DNA of 64,000 bases from an uncultured Gammaproteobacteria bacterium (GCA_964427735.1 CAYRUS010000002.1:131734-195733), one strand, 5' to 3'; positions 7,847 through 18,052 are shown, counted from the stretch's first letter. The notes: generated by a model not told the origin, from the sequence alone. A program made the numbers and translations.

Positions 7847-10830
7847 CAGTCATAGAAGGAGAATCCGTTCTTGCTTGGAGCAGAAGTTCCCACACCACTT
7901 CTGTAATTCGTACCATAAATATGATCCACTAGGTAAGGAAGACCGGAATCATCACCTTCTGCCTTCATTGGTTTACCATCTGAGAAATGACCTTCGTGAA
8001 GCCACTGTACGGATCTTCTTAGAGCCTGGTTTTGCCATTGGAATGCAGGCATTCCTTTTCTGTGCAAGAACCATGCCTGTGCCAAAGCACCTTGTAGAGC
8101 TTCCCAAACGTAATTTTCCTTGCATGGAGGCCAGCTTACTGTTTGACAACCATGCTCACCTTGTCTTCTTTGATCATCTGGCAATACTCCATCAACATTT
8201 CTTTGAGCACCATTTATGGAAATCTTTGCTCCCTGCGGATTGATTCCAACAGGCTGACTTGGATTTGCCTGCCAACCTAAATTACCATAGCTGAATCCTG
8301 AATATAGACTTCTATTTCCTAGCCATCCATGGAATACATTTGCTGCTCTTTGTAGATCTGTATTGTCCCCTAGGAAAATAGCAGCAGCAATTCTACTTGC
8401 TCCTGCGTGTGTTCCCCAATTATTGGGTCTATCTTCATGTGTACTAATAAGTGTTTTACCGTCTAAAGTTTTTGTTCGGACTGAAGAAACCCAGTTTCTG
8501 AATTTTGTTTCATCACTACTTGAGTTAAAACCTACCAAATCAGCAGCAATTATATAGCCTGCTAAGTTTCTACCTAAAGCTAAGGTTCTTCCGCCTGCTT
8601 CAGTTCCAATTGCATCCATTACATAACTTCTAGCTTTACTACAATGACTAGCTGAGCTTTGTCTTACACACACAAGTGCTGCTGCAACAGCGACTGCATC
8701 AGCCTGATTATCTTGATTACTAATATCAGGTGATGTATTTTGATTTGCCCAAGACACGATATTGTTCCAAGCTGATCCGCTTGTTGGCAAAGACATAATT
8801 TCGTTTCTTGATATTAATATTCCAGCACTACTTGAAGGTGGCGGTATTGGTGTACCTGTAGAAGTTGGTGAGGGAATAGCAGTGGCAGGTTTAGCTGTAG
8901 GAGTGGCTGTAGCAGGTTTTGGTGTTGCGGTCGCTGGTTTTGGTGTTGGCGTAGATGTTGCAGGTTTTGCTGTTGGGGTTGTAGGTGTTCCACCCACTTT
9001 TCCATAATTTGTTAACCAGATCACATAATCTAGTCCATCTACTTTCTCATTTCTATCAAAATCTCCTTTTGATGCGCCTTGGCTAGTTGTTGTGTTGTAG
9101 TTTACTAGCCAAACTACATAATCAAGTCCATCTACTTTTTTATCACCGTTTGCATCTCCAGATAGATCACCGGATGATGGTGTTGCTGTAGGATTAGTTC
9201 CTCCTGAAGTTTGTATAAGTAACTGTGGTGCATTTGAGTTTTCTTTTGATTCAACAGAGAAAGTATTTCTAGTACCTGTGTTGGTAATTCCTATTGACAA
9301 TTGTCCACCTACAGCTTGTTGTATTTGACTTGAGTTTAGGTTTATCTCTACTGGTACACCTGTTTGAGTATTTGTACTAATACTTCCTATTTGGGTTCCC
9401 ATGGAAGGTTTATTATTCCAAGCTATATTTCCCTCATTCCAATTATTGTTGGTTACTAAGTGGACTGTTTTATCTACGCTTCTGTCTAAAGCGGGAGTTA
9501 GTTTTAATTTTGCACTTATTATATTTCCTACTATTCCACTTAAATTGAATTTAATGTATGTTTCTCTGATATTTGATAAGGAATAATCTGAAGCTAGTAT
9601 TAAATTGTCACTCCCATAATTTTTACTTTGATTGCCTTCGCTTACCATCGCATCATCTGTTGGAGTAATGACATACCATCCACCACCGACGGGTGATGGT
9701 ATTGATGTGGAAGGAGAAGTAGTAGGATTTGGAGTTGCTGTTCCAGGAGGAGGTGTGGGTATTGGGCTAGAACTCGTTCCACAGCTCAAACCAGTAGCTT
9801 GTAAAATCTTATTCCAAGCTACTCCCGCTACACTTGTGTCATTCTGGATTGCGACAAAAATACCTCCTGGGTATGCGGGAGAATTTTGTTGTGTTGATGC
9901 TATTCCATCAGTATTGTAAACATAATTTCCATTTGGAAGCCTTAGTTTTATTTTTCCTAAATGCTGCCATGTTCTTCTATTGAAGATTTCATAATCATTA
10001 CCAGTAGAAGAGCTGTCAATTTGATCAGAAATAATTATAAATCCTTCTCCATTATCACCGACTCCGTTAGCGGGGCATGAATAAACCCAAATTCCTTCCT
10101 CATCTGAGTTAAAAATACTACTATCTCCAAATTTGTTTGCACCATTTCTTGTATGCACAGATCCATCAGGATTATATGCATAAACTCCACTTCTACCACC
10201 TTCGTCTGGTATATATATTATTTGGTCGAAATTATCAGCCCACATAGTCTCCAAACCTCTTACTGGTTTAAACGTTCCTAGATTTGCACCTGTACTTGGA
10301 TTTTGTATCCTGACCTCTGTGTTATATGAAGTATAGAGTCTTTTTTGTCCGTTTGAAGTTTTCAGGAGTGTTAAATTAGGTTCATTACTACTAATAGAAC
10401 TACCTGTATTAATAGTTTTTACAAAACCTAGGTTTGGTAAATTAAATACACAGATTTTATCTGTGAATGCAACAGTTACATATAGAATGTCATCTTCCTG
10501 ATCTACCCAAACGCCATTTGTACCACCAGAGATACATGAATGCTTTAATGCAGCCTGTTGGCTGGAAGATGAACTATATGGGTATTTCCATACTTCAACC
10601 AATGAGGAACCTTTGGCGGTTACAAACATCAATGATTGAGTAGGATCTGGTGCTTCCCAAAATGCGATACTGTCAACATTGTTTCCATCACCGTTAAGAT
10701 TAAAATCTACTGTTATTTCTTTTGTTCCAAAAGGATTAAAAGCAGCATCAACACGAGGCGAATTATACAAAGCAAAAACTAGTATTAAAGCTAATATAGA
10801 TATTGTTAGTGCAGCTTTTAATTTTTGCAT
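7831..10830 (-). CDS. Secreted multidomain enzyme: beta-propeller phytase-like, DNRLRE/CBM96-like, dockerin-like, PT linker, alginate-lyase-like alpha/alpha domain
   Basis: Signal peptide; VDSIAFWEAPDPTQSL, DEEGIWVY, TDGIA..PAYPGGIFVA (phytase); DDAMVSE..NYG..ETYIKFNLS; GDANGDKKVDGLDY and GDFDRNEKVDGLDY; NNWGTHAGASRIAAA. Confidence 0.75.
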   Translation of the reverse strand: MQKLKAALTISILALILVFALYNSPRVDAAFNPFGTKEITVDFNLNGDGNNVDSIAFWEAPDPTQSLMFVTAKGSSLVEVWKYPYSSSSSQQAALKHSCISGGTNGVWVDQEDDILYVTVAFTDKICVFNLPNLGFVKTINTGSSISSNEPNLTLLKTSNGQKRLYTSYNTEVRIQNPSTGANLGTFKPVRGLETMWADNFDQIIYIPDEGGRSGVYAYNPDGSVHTRNGANKFGDSSIFNSDEEGIWVYSCPANGVGDNGEGFIIISDQIDSSSTGNDYEIFNRRTWQHLGKIKLRLPNGNYVYNTDGIASTQQNSPAYPGGIFVAIQNDTSVAGVAWNKILQATGLSCGTSSSPIPTPPPGTATPNPTTSPSTSIPSPVGGGWYVITPTDDAMVSEGNQSKNYGSDNLILASDYSLSNIRETYIKFNLSGIVGNIISAKLKLTPALDRSVDKTVHLVTNNNWNEGNIAWNNKPSMGTQIGSISTNTQTGVPVEINLNSSQIQQAVGGQLSIGITNTGTRNTFSVESKENSNAPQLLIQTSGGTNPTATPSSGDLSGDANGDKKVDGLDYVVWLVNYNTTTSQGASKGDFDRNEKVDGLDYVIWLTNYGKVGGTPTTPTAKPATSTPTPKPATATPKPATATPTAKPATAIPSPTSTGTPIPPPSSSAGILISRNEIMSLPTSGSAWNNIVSWANQNTSPDISNQDNQADAVAVAAALVCVRQSSASHCSKARSYVMDAIGTEAGGRTLALGRNLAGYIIAADLVGFNSSSDETKFRNWVSSVRTKTLDGKTLISTHEDRPNNWGTHAGASRIAAAIFLGDNTDLQRAANVFHGWLGNRSLYSGFSYGNLGWQANPSQPVGINPQGAKISINGAQRNVDGVLPDDQRRQGEHGCQTVSWPPCKENYVWEALQGALAQAWFLHRKGMPAFQWQNQALRRSVQWLHEGHFSDGKPMKAEGDDSGLPYLVDHIYGTNYRSGVGTSAPSKNGFSFYDWYFGL

Positions 10831-10983
10831 ATTGGCAGATCTCTAATTATTTTACACTAACTTGTTTTCACACCCTCTGTCAATAGGTTTTCGGTATCAT
10901 TAATCAATTTAAAACATTGAAATAACATTAAAGCAAATGGAAGATTAAAATTAAACAAACTAAATGTTATAATTAGTGTATAT

Positions 10984-11055
10984 GTCCCCGTAGTTCAACG
11001 GATAGAACGCGGGTTTCCTAAACCTGAAATGGAAGTTCGATTCTTCCCGGGGACA
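10984..11055 (+). tRNA. tRNA-Arg (anticodon CCT), CCA not encoded
   Basis: Acceptor stem GTCCCCG/CGGGGAC; anticodon arm CGGGT-TTCCTAA-ACCTG; TTCGA T-loop; TGtTATAAT at 10965-10973. Confidence 0.95.
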
Positions 11056-11135
11056 CTAAAACTGTTTGCTAATATTTTCTTAATTTATATAATAAAACAA
11101 TTGCAATCAATATTACTATCGGTTATAATAGGGCT

Positions 11136-11651
11136 GTGTCTGAATTTAGAGAAAAGCCCCAACCAAAATACGGCCTAAGAAAAGAACTGGCAGAACAGAC
11201 GAGACCTTTCTTCAGCTCTCTCGATGACTCGGCTGCCTTGAAGGACTTATCTTTTGTCTGCAGACAAGCAACAATTGTACGTAAACATGAAGACTATGAC
11301 CCAAATAAAACTTCACCTGAACTAGTTGCTCGATTGGCAATAGAAAGACGCTTATTTAAATCACGATACCCTAACTATGACACTGTATTATATGAAGCTA
11401 AAATTATATCAACTCACCGTGCTTTACTTCATTATCTATGTAAATTAAATCAAAACGATCTAAGCCAGATTACTAATTTATTTGGTGTGCTTGTTAGATC
11501 TCAAAATAGAAGGGTTCCTAAACATCTAAAAATCGAAACTGTAGGAGATGTTAGAAAGCTAGATTATGATGATTTAATAGAACTAAATCACATAGGCGAA
11601 CCCCGTGCCACATTTATTAAATATATCCTAAACAATACTGACCTTCAATAA
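11136..11651 (+). CDS. Hypothetical protein with C-terminal RNA polymerase alpha-CTD-like (HhH) domain
   Basis: LKIETVGDVRKLDYDDLIELNHIGEPRATFIKYIL resembles alpha-CTD; GTG start 6 nt after TATAAT. Confidence 0.6.
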   Translation: MSEFREKPQPKYGLRKELAEQTRPFFSSLDDSAALKDLSFVCRQATIVRKHEDYDPNKTSPELVARLAIERRLFKSRYPNYDTVLYEAKIISTHRALLHYLCKLNQNDLSQITNLFGVLVRSQNRRVPKHLKIETVGDVRKLDYDDLIELNHIGEPRATFIKYILNNTDLQ

Positions 11652-12346
11652 TTTTCAATTATTACCACAATCTCTCCTTTTACTGTATCATTCTGTAATT
11701 TACCAATAACATCTGTTACACTTCCTCTGTAAATTGTTTCATGAATTTTGGTTAATTCGCGAGCCACAACAATTCTCACTTCTCCAAATTCTTGTTTAAC
11801 TACTTCAAGCGATTTTAAGATTCTGTTTGGAGACTCATAAAACGCAAATGTCGTTTTGCCTTCTTTCAGCCACTTGAATAGTTTTGTACGCTTTTTTTTG
11901 GGCAGAAACCCTAAAAATACAAATTGGTTTGTATGAAAGCCTGAAATTGATAAAGCTGTGGTAATTGCAGAAGCTCCAGGAATAGGAATTGTCTTTAAAT
12001 CAGGATAATTATTTAATAAATAGTCAATCAATTCGTTCCCGGGGTCTGAGATTCCCGGCGTACCTGCATCCGTAACCAAAGCTATATTTTTCCCCTGTAA
12101 CAGAAGATTTAATATTTCAGCTTTTTTTGTATCAGAAGTATGAGCGTGATAACTTTTAATGTGATTATCTATATCATAGTGTTTCAAAAGCTTGCCAGTA
12201 ACTCTAGTGTCTTCTGCAAGAATAAGATCAACCTGTTTGAGTACATTTATTGCTCGAAAAGTAATATCTTCTAAATTGCCAATAGGTGTAGCAACGACAT
12301 ATAGTGTTCCAGTTTGAGATGTATTTATATCCTTAAAGTTCCTCAT
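11645..12346 (-). CDS. rsmI: 16S rRNA (C1402-2'-O)-methyltransferase RsmI, short form
   Basis: LYVVATPIGNLEDITFRA, AEDTR, DAGTPGISDPG, FYESPNR, ARELTKIHE. Confidence 0.97.
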   Translation of the reverse strand: MRNFKDINTSQTGTLYVVATPIGNLEDITFRAINVLKQVDLILAEDTRVTGKLLKHYDIDNHIKSYHAHTSDTKKAEILNLLLQGKNIALVTDAGTPGISDPGNELIDYLLNNYPDLKTIPIPGASAITTALSISGFHTNQFVFLGFLPKKKRTKLFKWLKEGKTTFAFYESPNRILKSLEVVKQEFGEVRIVVARELTKIHETIYRGSVTDVIGKLQNDTVKGEIVVIIENY

Positions 12347-12386
12347 AGTTTTATATTCAATCTAATTTTTAAGATATTCAGGATTT

Positions 12387-12857
12387 TTATTGTTGAACCT
12401 TCATCTTAACTAATCGCATATTCATCGAAGGGTAATTATCTAAATCAATATTTTTCCTTAATGCCCTATTTTTTAGACGGCTCCAATACTTACTTTCTAG
12501 TAAAGCCAATCTTCTAGAATAAGTAATCATATAGCTTCTTGATGTATGGACTAGCTCTCTCCACTCCAAATTTGGGTTGTTTTTCTTTTCATATACTATA
12601 GCTGCATAACGCAATAATTCTGAAGGTTTAATGTATGTACTTTCTATTTTTTTGCTACCTCCTCGATTTCCTTCCGTGGGACCATATCCGTAATGGGGAG
12701 TAAAAAAGCCTAATCTTTTTAAAGACTCATAATCACTTTGGTCAATTCCTAAAATTTTTAATGCTGGAGATATATTTAAATAACCATAACTTTCATCCCA
12801 ATACTTTATCTGTTCAATTTCTGTACCGAAAGGATTAATTTTCTCTTGTTCTCGCAT
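12387..12857 (-). CDS. Hypothetical protein, possibly a diverged MerR-like HTH
   Basis: LNISPALKILGIDQSDYESLKRLGFFTP is weakly MerR-like. Confidence 0.5.
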   Translation of the reverse strand: MREQEKINPFGTEIEQIKYWDESYGYLNISPALKILGIDQSDYESLKRLGFFTPHYGYGPTEGNRGGSKKIESTYIKPSELLRYAAIVYEKKNNPNLEWRELVHTSRSYMITYSRRLALLESKYWSRLKNRALRKNIDLDNYPSMNMRLVKMKVQQ

Positions 12858-12937
12858 ACTTATAAGTACTTCTATTGTATCACTCCATTTATTTTACAGT
12901 GAGTTATCTCATAGAAATACTATTACTAGCATGCAAA

Positions 12938-12978
12938 CGAGCCCACCTTTAAGGGAGTCTCCCTCCAAGGTAGTCGCA
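12938..12978 (+). repeat. REP-like palindrome (family of the RAYT at 22102)
   Basis: CGAGCCCACCTTTAAGGGAGTCTCCCTCCAAGGTAGTCGCA. Confidence 0.85.
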
Positions 12979-13030
12979 AAATATTTGAATTCCTAAGATA
13001 TGTGTCTAGCATTTTGATATAATTTTTGTA

Positions 13031-13105
13031 CGGGGACTGGCTCAATGGTAGAGTGCACGATTCGGGTTCGTGAGGTTCCGGGTTCAACTCCCGGGTCCCC
13101 GACCA
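13031..13105 (+). tRNA. tRNA-Pro (anticodon CGG), CCA encoded
   Basis: Acceptor stem CGGGGAC/GTCCCCG plus ACCA; anticodon arm CACGA-TTCGGGT-TCGTG; GGTTCAACT T-arm. Confidence 0.95.
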
Positions 13106-13180
13106 TAATTCAGTGAAACATATTGAATTTGCATTTTAATTATTCACTTAGTATCCTCTGTCTACTGCCCTTTCATAATT

Positions 13181-13753
13181 ATGAAGGGTCTTAAATTACA
13201 TACTTGGCAAAAAGTTGGTGCTCTTTTAGCACTATTTTTGATAGCAATAATCACTCCTAAAGATGAATTTTTTATAAAAACAGTTCAAGAGGATTCTCAG
13301 AGAAATAGTGAGGATGTAACAACAAATATACCTGAAATCAAAGATTCTAAAATTATCAAACCTTTTGTGGATGTATTTACAAAAGAAAAACCAAACAACG
13401 AATTGGAAACAAAAGAAACTCCTAACAATAATGTTAGTCAACCTCAAATCCAGGATGTAGCAAATGATAAGACAGCCACTCCATCCTCTATTCCAGATCA
13501 AGGAATTGACCAAAACGAAAAGCAAGAGAGTTCAGAACAAATTTTATCCCCACCACCAACCGAAATTCCTGCTCCTACATTTACACCACATTATTCTCCA
13601 TTAATAAGTCCTACACCAACCTCAACACCAACTAATACTCCATCTGCTACTTTGGAACCAATAGGAGGAAAAGAAATTGAGTCAGAATGCCCTTGTGGGA
13701 ATGCTTCGGGATTGCCACCTAACAAATGCCCTGTGATTATGTGTGTTAGGTAA
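13181..13753 (+). CDS. Membrane-anchored Pro/Thr-rich surface protein with Cys-rich tip
   Basis: N-terminal hydrophobic helix, low-complexity PT stalk, ECPCG...KCPVIMC at the end. Confidence 0.7.
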   Translation: MKGLKLHTWQKVGALLALFLIAIITPKDEFFIKTVQEDSQRNSEDVTTNIPEIKDSKIIKPFVDVFTKEKPNNELETKETPNNNVSQPQIQDVANDKTATPSSIPDQGIDQNEKQESSEQILSPPPTEIPAPTFTPHYSPLISPTPTSTPTNTPSATLEPIGGKEIESECPCGNASGLPPNKCPVIMCVR

Positions 13754-13776
13754 GTTTAAAGTTCTATGATCTCGCT

Positions 13777-14220
13777 TTACAATCTTTGATGTAATATTGC
13801 AGAAAAAATAGTATCTAGCAAACCAACCCCTGTTAAATCTTGTTCTGCCAATTGCTCCATCCCAGGCATAGTAGAGTTAAATAATCTTTCATACTTTAAT
13901 ATTAGATCTTCAGTATATGCATCTAAATTTTCTGGTATGTCAGGTGTTAAACCTAAACTTTGAACAACCTCATTCCTCTCATTTATAATTTCTTCAACAC
14001 TAATATTCAACCCGGAAGAATTCTTTAATTGTCTTAAATCCTCGGAAAAAACTTCTACCAAATCTGAATAATCATCAGAACCTAAGTAATTACCGTGTAT
14101 TCGAAGTTCAACTTTTGAATTTGGATATTTGGGCTGATTACTTAAAGTAAGCTCAACCTCCCCGATCATATACACAATTCTGCTAGGTTCTTCTGTGGTA
14201 CTAGATATTTCTCTATCCAT
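13777..14220 (-). CDS. Hypothetical protein
   Basis: 147-aa ORF overlapping the upstream stop by 8 nt, suggesting translational coupling. Confidence 0.65.
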   Translation of the reverse strand: MDREISSTTEEPSRIVYMIGEVELTLSNQPKYPNSKVELRIHGNYLGSDDYSDLVEVFSEDLRQLKNSSGLNISVEEIINERNEVVQSLGLTPDIPENLDAYTEDLILKYERLFNSTMPGMEQLAEQDLTGVGLLDTIFSAILHQRL

Positions 14221-15331
14221 TGCTAGTTTGGTTTCTACGCATATTTCGATCTCTTCTCCCTATAATCCAACCCAAACCAGCCAATCCTAACATCGAGACT
14301 AATCCACCTAGAGTCCCTTTTTGTTGCCATGTTAAATCATCAGGTGAAATTGGATTTGGAACTTCAACGCCCGCACTTGGTACAGGGACCACACTAAACT
14401 CATTTGTGCCTTCTGAACCTTCAGTCGATTTTTCTTGCATTGGTTGAGGCACATTTACAGATGATGGAACAGTTCCACAATTGGTTCCTGTTAATTTGCT
14501 CAAATTACCATTCACTTTATTTACTTCATTTTGATCTGCTAAATTAATTCGTTTAAAACCTCTTTCGGGTGAAGTGTCAAAACCTTTTGCTTGATTTATA
14601 CGAAAAGCTGTACCACTATTTACCCCCTTCCCACCATATTTTGAGAAAATCAACATTATTTCATCCGGAAACCTACCTGCCAATGTATCGATCAAAAATC
14701 CTTTTACAAAAACACTTCCATTAGATTCGAATACATATACACTTACATCCCTAAAAAGCTGTGTCAAAGAATTTATTCCACCATCTGCCACTCTTCCCAT
14801 CCAAGCTGGCACACAAGGAAGAACATCTTTATGCTCTGAAGAAGTTTTTGAATTATTTGAACTTCTTGCTTCTACATGTCTTAAAAGTTCTTCAACTACT
14901 TTTTTCATTTGAGGATCAACAACAGTACCTGCAACCATACCTTTTTCTGCAATTTCATTTAAATTAGCGTCACTAAGTGGAATAGTTTGACCATTATTCT
15001 CAAGGGCGAGCGGTATTGCATACTCGAATGTATGACCTTGCAATTGACCATTAGTCATTTCATTTAATTCTCCAAATAAATCAGCTGCATAATGCCTATA
15101 TTCATATAGGTGTGACGCATTCGGGTCTTGTATGCTTGGGTAAGTATCTAAAAAATATTGGAAATCAGAAACAATGCTATCATCTGGTGTTTGTGAAGTC
15201 TCCGGACCACTAAAAATACCACTACCTTGGAGGGAGCCTGGAATATCCATTCTACTAATACCTGTAGCCTCTGTTACTAAAAATCCAGCAAAACCTTTAA
15301 GAAATCCCCTACGAGTAATTGTCTCTGACAT
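14213..15331 (-). CDS. Hypothetical protein with twin-arginine-like N-terminus and C-terminal TM anchor
   Basis: ITRRGFLKG; C-terminal GGLVSMLGLAGLGWIIG followed by RRDRNMRR. Confidence 0.7.
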   Translation of the reverse strand: MSETITRRGFLKGFAGFLVTEATGISRMDIPGSLQGSGIFSGPETSQTPDDSIVSDFQYFLDTYPSIQDPNASHLYEYRHYAADLFGELNEMTNGQLQGHTFEYAIPLALENNGQTIPLSDANLNEIAEKGMVAGTVVDPQMKKVVEELLRHVEARSSNNSKTSSEHKDVLPCVPAWMGRVADGGINSLTQLFRDVSVYVFESNGSVFVKGFLIDTLAGRFPDEIMLIFSKYGGKGVNSGTAFRINQAKGFDTSPERGFKRINLADQNEVNKVNGNLSKLTGTNCGTVPSSVNVPQPMQEKSTEGSEGTNEFSVVPVPSAGVEVPNPISPDDLTWQQKGTLGGLVSMLGLAGLGWIIGRRDRNMRRNQTSNG

Positions 15332-15447
15332 GATTGTATTATAGGCTATTAGTGTTCCTATGTCAATAACTTAATCATACATTTTAATTCGAGTATGTGC
15401 TAATGTAATTTAACAGTATCATATAAACTAGAAAATATACTAAACTC

Positions 15448-15675
15448 ATGCCTGTTACTGCCTCAGATCTACTTAACCAAATAAGCATAGGGATTAACCT
15501 ATTAAAAATTGACCCATATCCAGTAGTTCTCTTTGTTGTCTTTGTAGCTTCTTTTGCAATTGCCTACTTGATATCCAAAATAAATTTTATCTTAGCACTG
15601 CTAATGACTGCTTTAGTGACTATTGGTGTTGGAACAATAATTGTCCTTTACGAGTTCTCTAAATTAGGCTACTAA
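15448..15675 (+). CDS. Small two-TM membrane protein
   Basis: 75 aa with two hydrophobic segments. Confidence 0.6.
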   Translation: MPVTASDLLNQISIGINLLKIDPYPVVLFVVFVASFAIAYLISKINFILALLMTALVTIGVGTIIVLYEFSKLGY

Positions 15676-15718
15676 AGATCAAGTTGACAAATATTAAGAT
15701 ATTAGCTTATCTTAAGTT

Positions 15719-16246
15719 ATGGAACAAAACAATAAAGATCCAATAGCTTCACAGGTAGAAACAACACCCCAAAACAATCCCACACCTCAAATGCCAACAG
15801 TCCCCTCTGCAACTGAAACAACCAGTAATCAAGCTAATTTGTCATATGCTTCAGTACCAAGAAGATTTATAGCCTCATTTGTAGATGGTGTTATTGTTGT
15901 TGTTTTGATAATGATAATATCTATTCCCTTAGCAATTTTACTCGGTCGCAGCTCAGCCTACAATACTTTGACGCAGCTCCTCAACATGATCGTAGGAAGT
16001 TTATACTATGTAATACTAATTGCCCGATCAGGTCAAACTATTGGCAAAAAGCTATTTAAAATAAAGGTAGTCAGTCTCAGTACAAACACGCCACCAAGTT
16101 ACGGGAAAGCTTTTTTAAGAGAAGTAGTTGGCAAATTGATTTCAAGTGTAATTGTAGGACTTGGTTATTTCTGGGCAATTTGGGACAAGAAAAAACAGAC
16201 ATGGCACGACAAGATTGCAGGCACAGTGGTTATTAAAACCAATTGA
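15719..16246 (+). CDS. RDD family protein
   Basis: RRFIASFVD, GQTIGKKLFKIKVV, KQTWHDKIAGTVV. Confidence 0.93.
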   Translation: MEQNNKDPIASQVETTPQNNPTPQMPTVPSATETTSNQANLSYASVPRRFIASFVDGVIVVVLIMIISIPLAILLGRSSAYNTLTQLLNMIVGSLYYVILIARSGQTIGKKLFKIKVVSLSTNTPPSYGKAFLREVVGKLISSVIVGLGYFWAIWDKKKQTWHDKIAGTVVIKTN

Positions 16247-16313
16247 TCTTTAATCCAGAGCATAACTCCTTCAAATCCTGTTAAATTATTAGAATTTATA
16301 GTAAATTATAAAC

Positions 16314-17306
16314 ATGCCTGACTTTGGTAGTATTTTAAGCAAATCCTGGGAAACTGCAAAAAACTTTAAGTGGCTTTGGGTATACGGAGCTATTTTGGCC
16401 GTGGGCTCAGCTGGGAGTATGCAAACTTTCTCAAGAGGCACTAGCAGCGATTCTATAAGAGAAACAGATATTCCTGAAGAGGCATCAGAAGTTCTAGGAT
16501 ATTTTACAAACTCAACCATTGAATGGTTCAAGAATGTTCCTCTTTCTACTTGGCTTTGGCTAGCTTTAGCTTTACTAGTTTCATTGGGATTTTCAATGAT
16601 AATAAAACTTATCTTAACCAACTGGGCTAAAGGAGCTTTAATCCATGGCATTTACAAAGCACACTTAGAAGATGGTGAGGTAAATTTAGGAAATACTTCA
16701 CCTGCAGGAATTAATTCATTTAAAAGCTTAATCATATTTTCACTGCTTATGCTTGGAGTGATTTTAGCATCATTAATCATCTTACCTGGAGTTTGGTTTT
16801 TGGTTTATTTACTTCTAGGGGGAATGGAAAGTATGCAACTACTTTGGATAATCTTAGGAGCCATCGTAGGCTTTGTTTGCTTACTTATTGGAATAATTGT
16901 ACTTAGTCTAATATCCGTATTTGCAGAAAGAATTATTGTTATTTATAAAGAAACTCCAATAAACGCTTGGAAGCGTGCCTGGAAATTAACCCGTTCAAAT
17001 ATAACCTCTGGCACAATAATGGGGCTATTAACAAATATCACAGAATCAGCAATTGGGTGTGTGGGTACAATCATTACTGTTATTTCCTTGGGTATACCTG
17101 CCCTTATTATTGTTTGGCCCAATGTCCAAAACAAAACGTTCCCTGGAATTGCAAGCCTTATATTTTTAACTCTACTTTTGCTAATATTTATTTTTCTAAA
17201 CTTAATTATCAGAGCATTTATTACAGTTTTCAACTACAGCAATTGGAACCAATTATTTTATTTTGTAATCCAAAATGAGGACAAAAATCACAAAAAAGGT
17301 AAATAA
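16314..17306 (+). CDS. Multi-pass membrane protein
   Basis: About 6-7 hydrophobic segments; lies between two RDD genes. Confidence 0.8.
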   Translation: MPDFGSILSKSWETAKNFKWLWVYGAILAVGSAGSMQTFSRGTSSDSIRETDIPEEASEVLGYFTNSTIEWFKNVPLSTWLWLALALLVSLGFSMIIKLILTNWAKGALIHGIYKAHLEDGEVNLGNTSPAGINSFKSLIIFSLLMLGVILASLIILPGVWFLVYLLLGGMESMQLLWIILGAIVGFVCLLIGIIVLSLISVFAERIIVIYKETPINAWKRAWKLTRSNITSGTIMGLLTNITESAIGCVGTIITVISLGIPALIIVWPNVQNKTFPGIASLIFLTLLLLIFIFLNLIIRAFITVFNYSNWNQLFYFVIQNEDKNHKKGK

Positions 17307-17308
17307 AA

Positions 17309-17926
17309 ATGCAAAACAAACAAAACATAAAATCTGATTCAAAAAAAATAGCTAGTGGCTGGATGCGACTCATCGCCGCAATAATTGACAGTACGCTATG
17401 GTTTTTATTTTTCCTAATATTAATTAACTGGATTTCTAGGGCTAATGATTTGCAACCACTTCTTGATTCACTTCTCTCCACAATAATTATTCTTTTAATT
17501 TCATATGTTCTCTGGCAAATTGTACAAGCTTTGCTTACATCCAAACTGGGAGGTAGTATAGGTAAGCTCATCACAGGAATAAAAGTAGTAAATCAAAGTG
17601 GAAAAACTCTAACTTTTAAACGTGCCCTTTTCCGTGAGCAGATCGGGAAAGCAACCTCTTCTCTTTTCTTTGGTCTAGGATACTTTTGGATAATTATTGA
17701 TGATAAAAACCAAGGCTGGCACGATATGGTAACTGGCAGCAAGGTTGTAAAAGAAGGGAAGTATGGAATAGGGCTAGGTATTCTTGGATTAGCCTCACTC
17801 TTTATAATTAATTTTCTTGTTATTTCATCGACAATTTCTAACTTCCAAAGAAACAAGCACATATACCTAAATCTAATTCAAGATGCTGCTCGTGAGATTC
17901 AAAGAACAATAAATGAGGTTGATTAA
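17309..17926 (+). CDS. RDD family protein
   Basis: RLIAAIID, GSIGKLITGIKVV, QGWHDMVTGSKVV. Confidence 0.92.
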   Translation: MQNKQNIKSDSKKIASGWMRLIAAIIDSTLWFLFFLILINWISRANDLQPLLDSLLSTIIILLISYVLWQIVQALLTSKLGGSIGKLITGIKVVNQSGKTLTFKRALFREQIGKATSSLFFGLGYFWIIIDDKNQGWHDMVTGSKVVKEGKYGIGLGILGLASLFIINFLVISSTISNFQRNKHIYLNLIQDAAREIQRTINEVD

Positions 17927-17937
17927 AAGTAAGGTAT

Positions 17938-17968
17938 CGCCATCCTCTAAAAAAGATCTCCTCTGTAA
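17938..17968 (+). repeat. Possible strongly decayed REP copy
   Basis: CGCCATCCTCTAAAAAAGATCTCCTCTGTAA vs REP CGACCACCTCTAAGGGAGTCTCCCTGCAA. Confidence 0.35.
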
Positions 17969-18052
17969 CATATCCTCGGTCGATTAGTCTTTTATATCAA
18001 ACTGTAAACATGTATAATATACTAATACTATTGAATTTGCTTTGCGAACGTT

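Noticed and set aside
10984-13105. tRNA-Arg and tRNA-Pro have mirror-image acceptor stems (GTCCCCG/CGGGGAC), suggesting att sites or permuted tRNAs
   Set aside because: Both fold as complete ordinary tRNAs; a 7-bp match is unremarkable and the core gene rsmI lies between them
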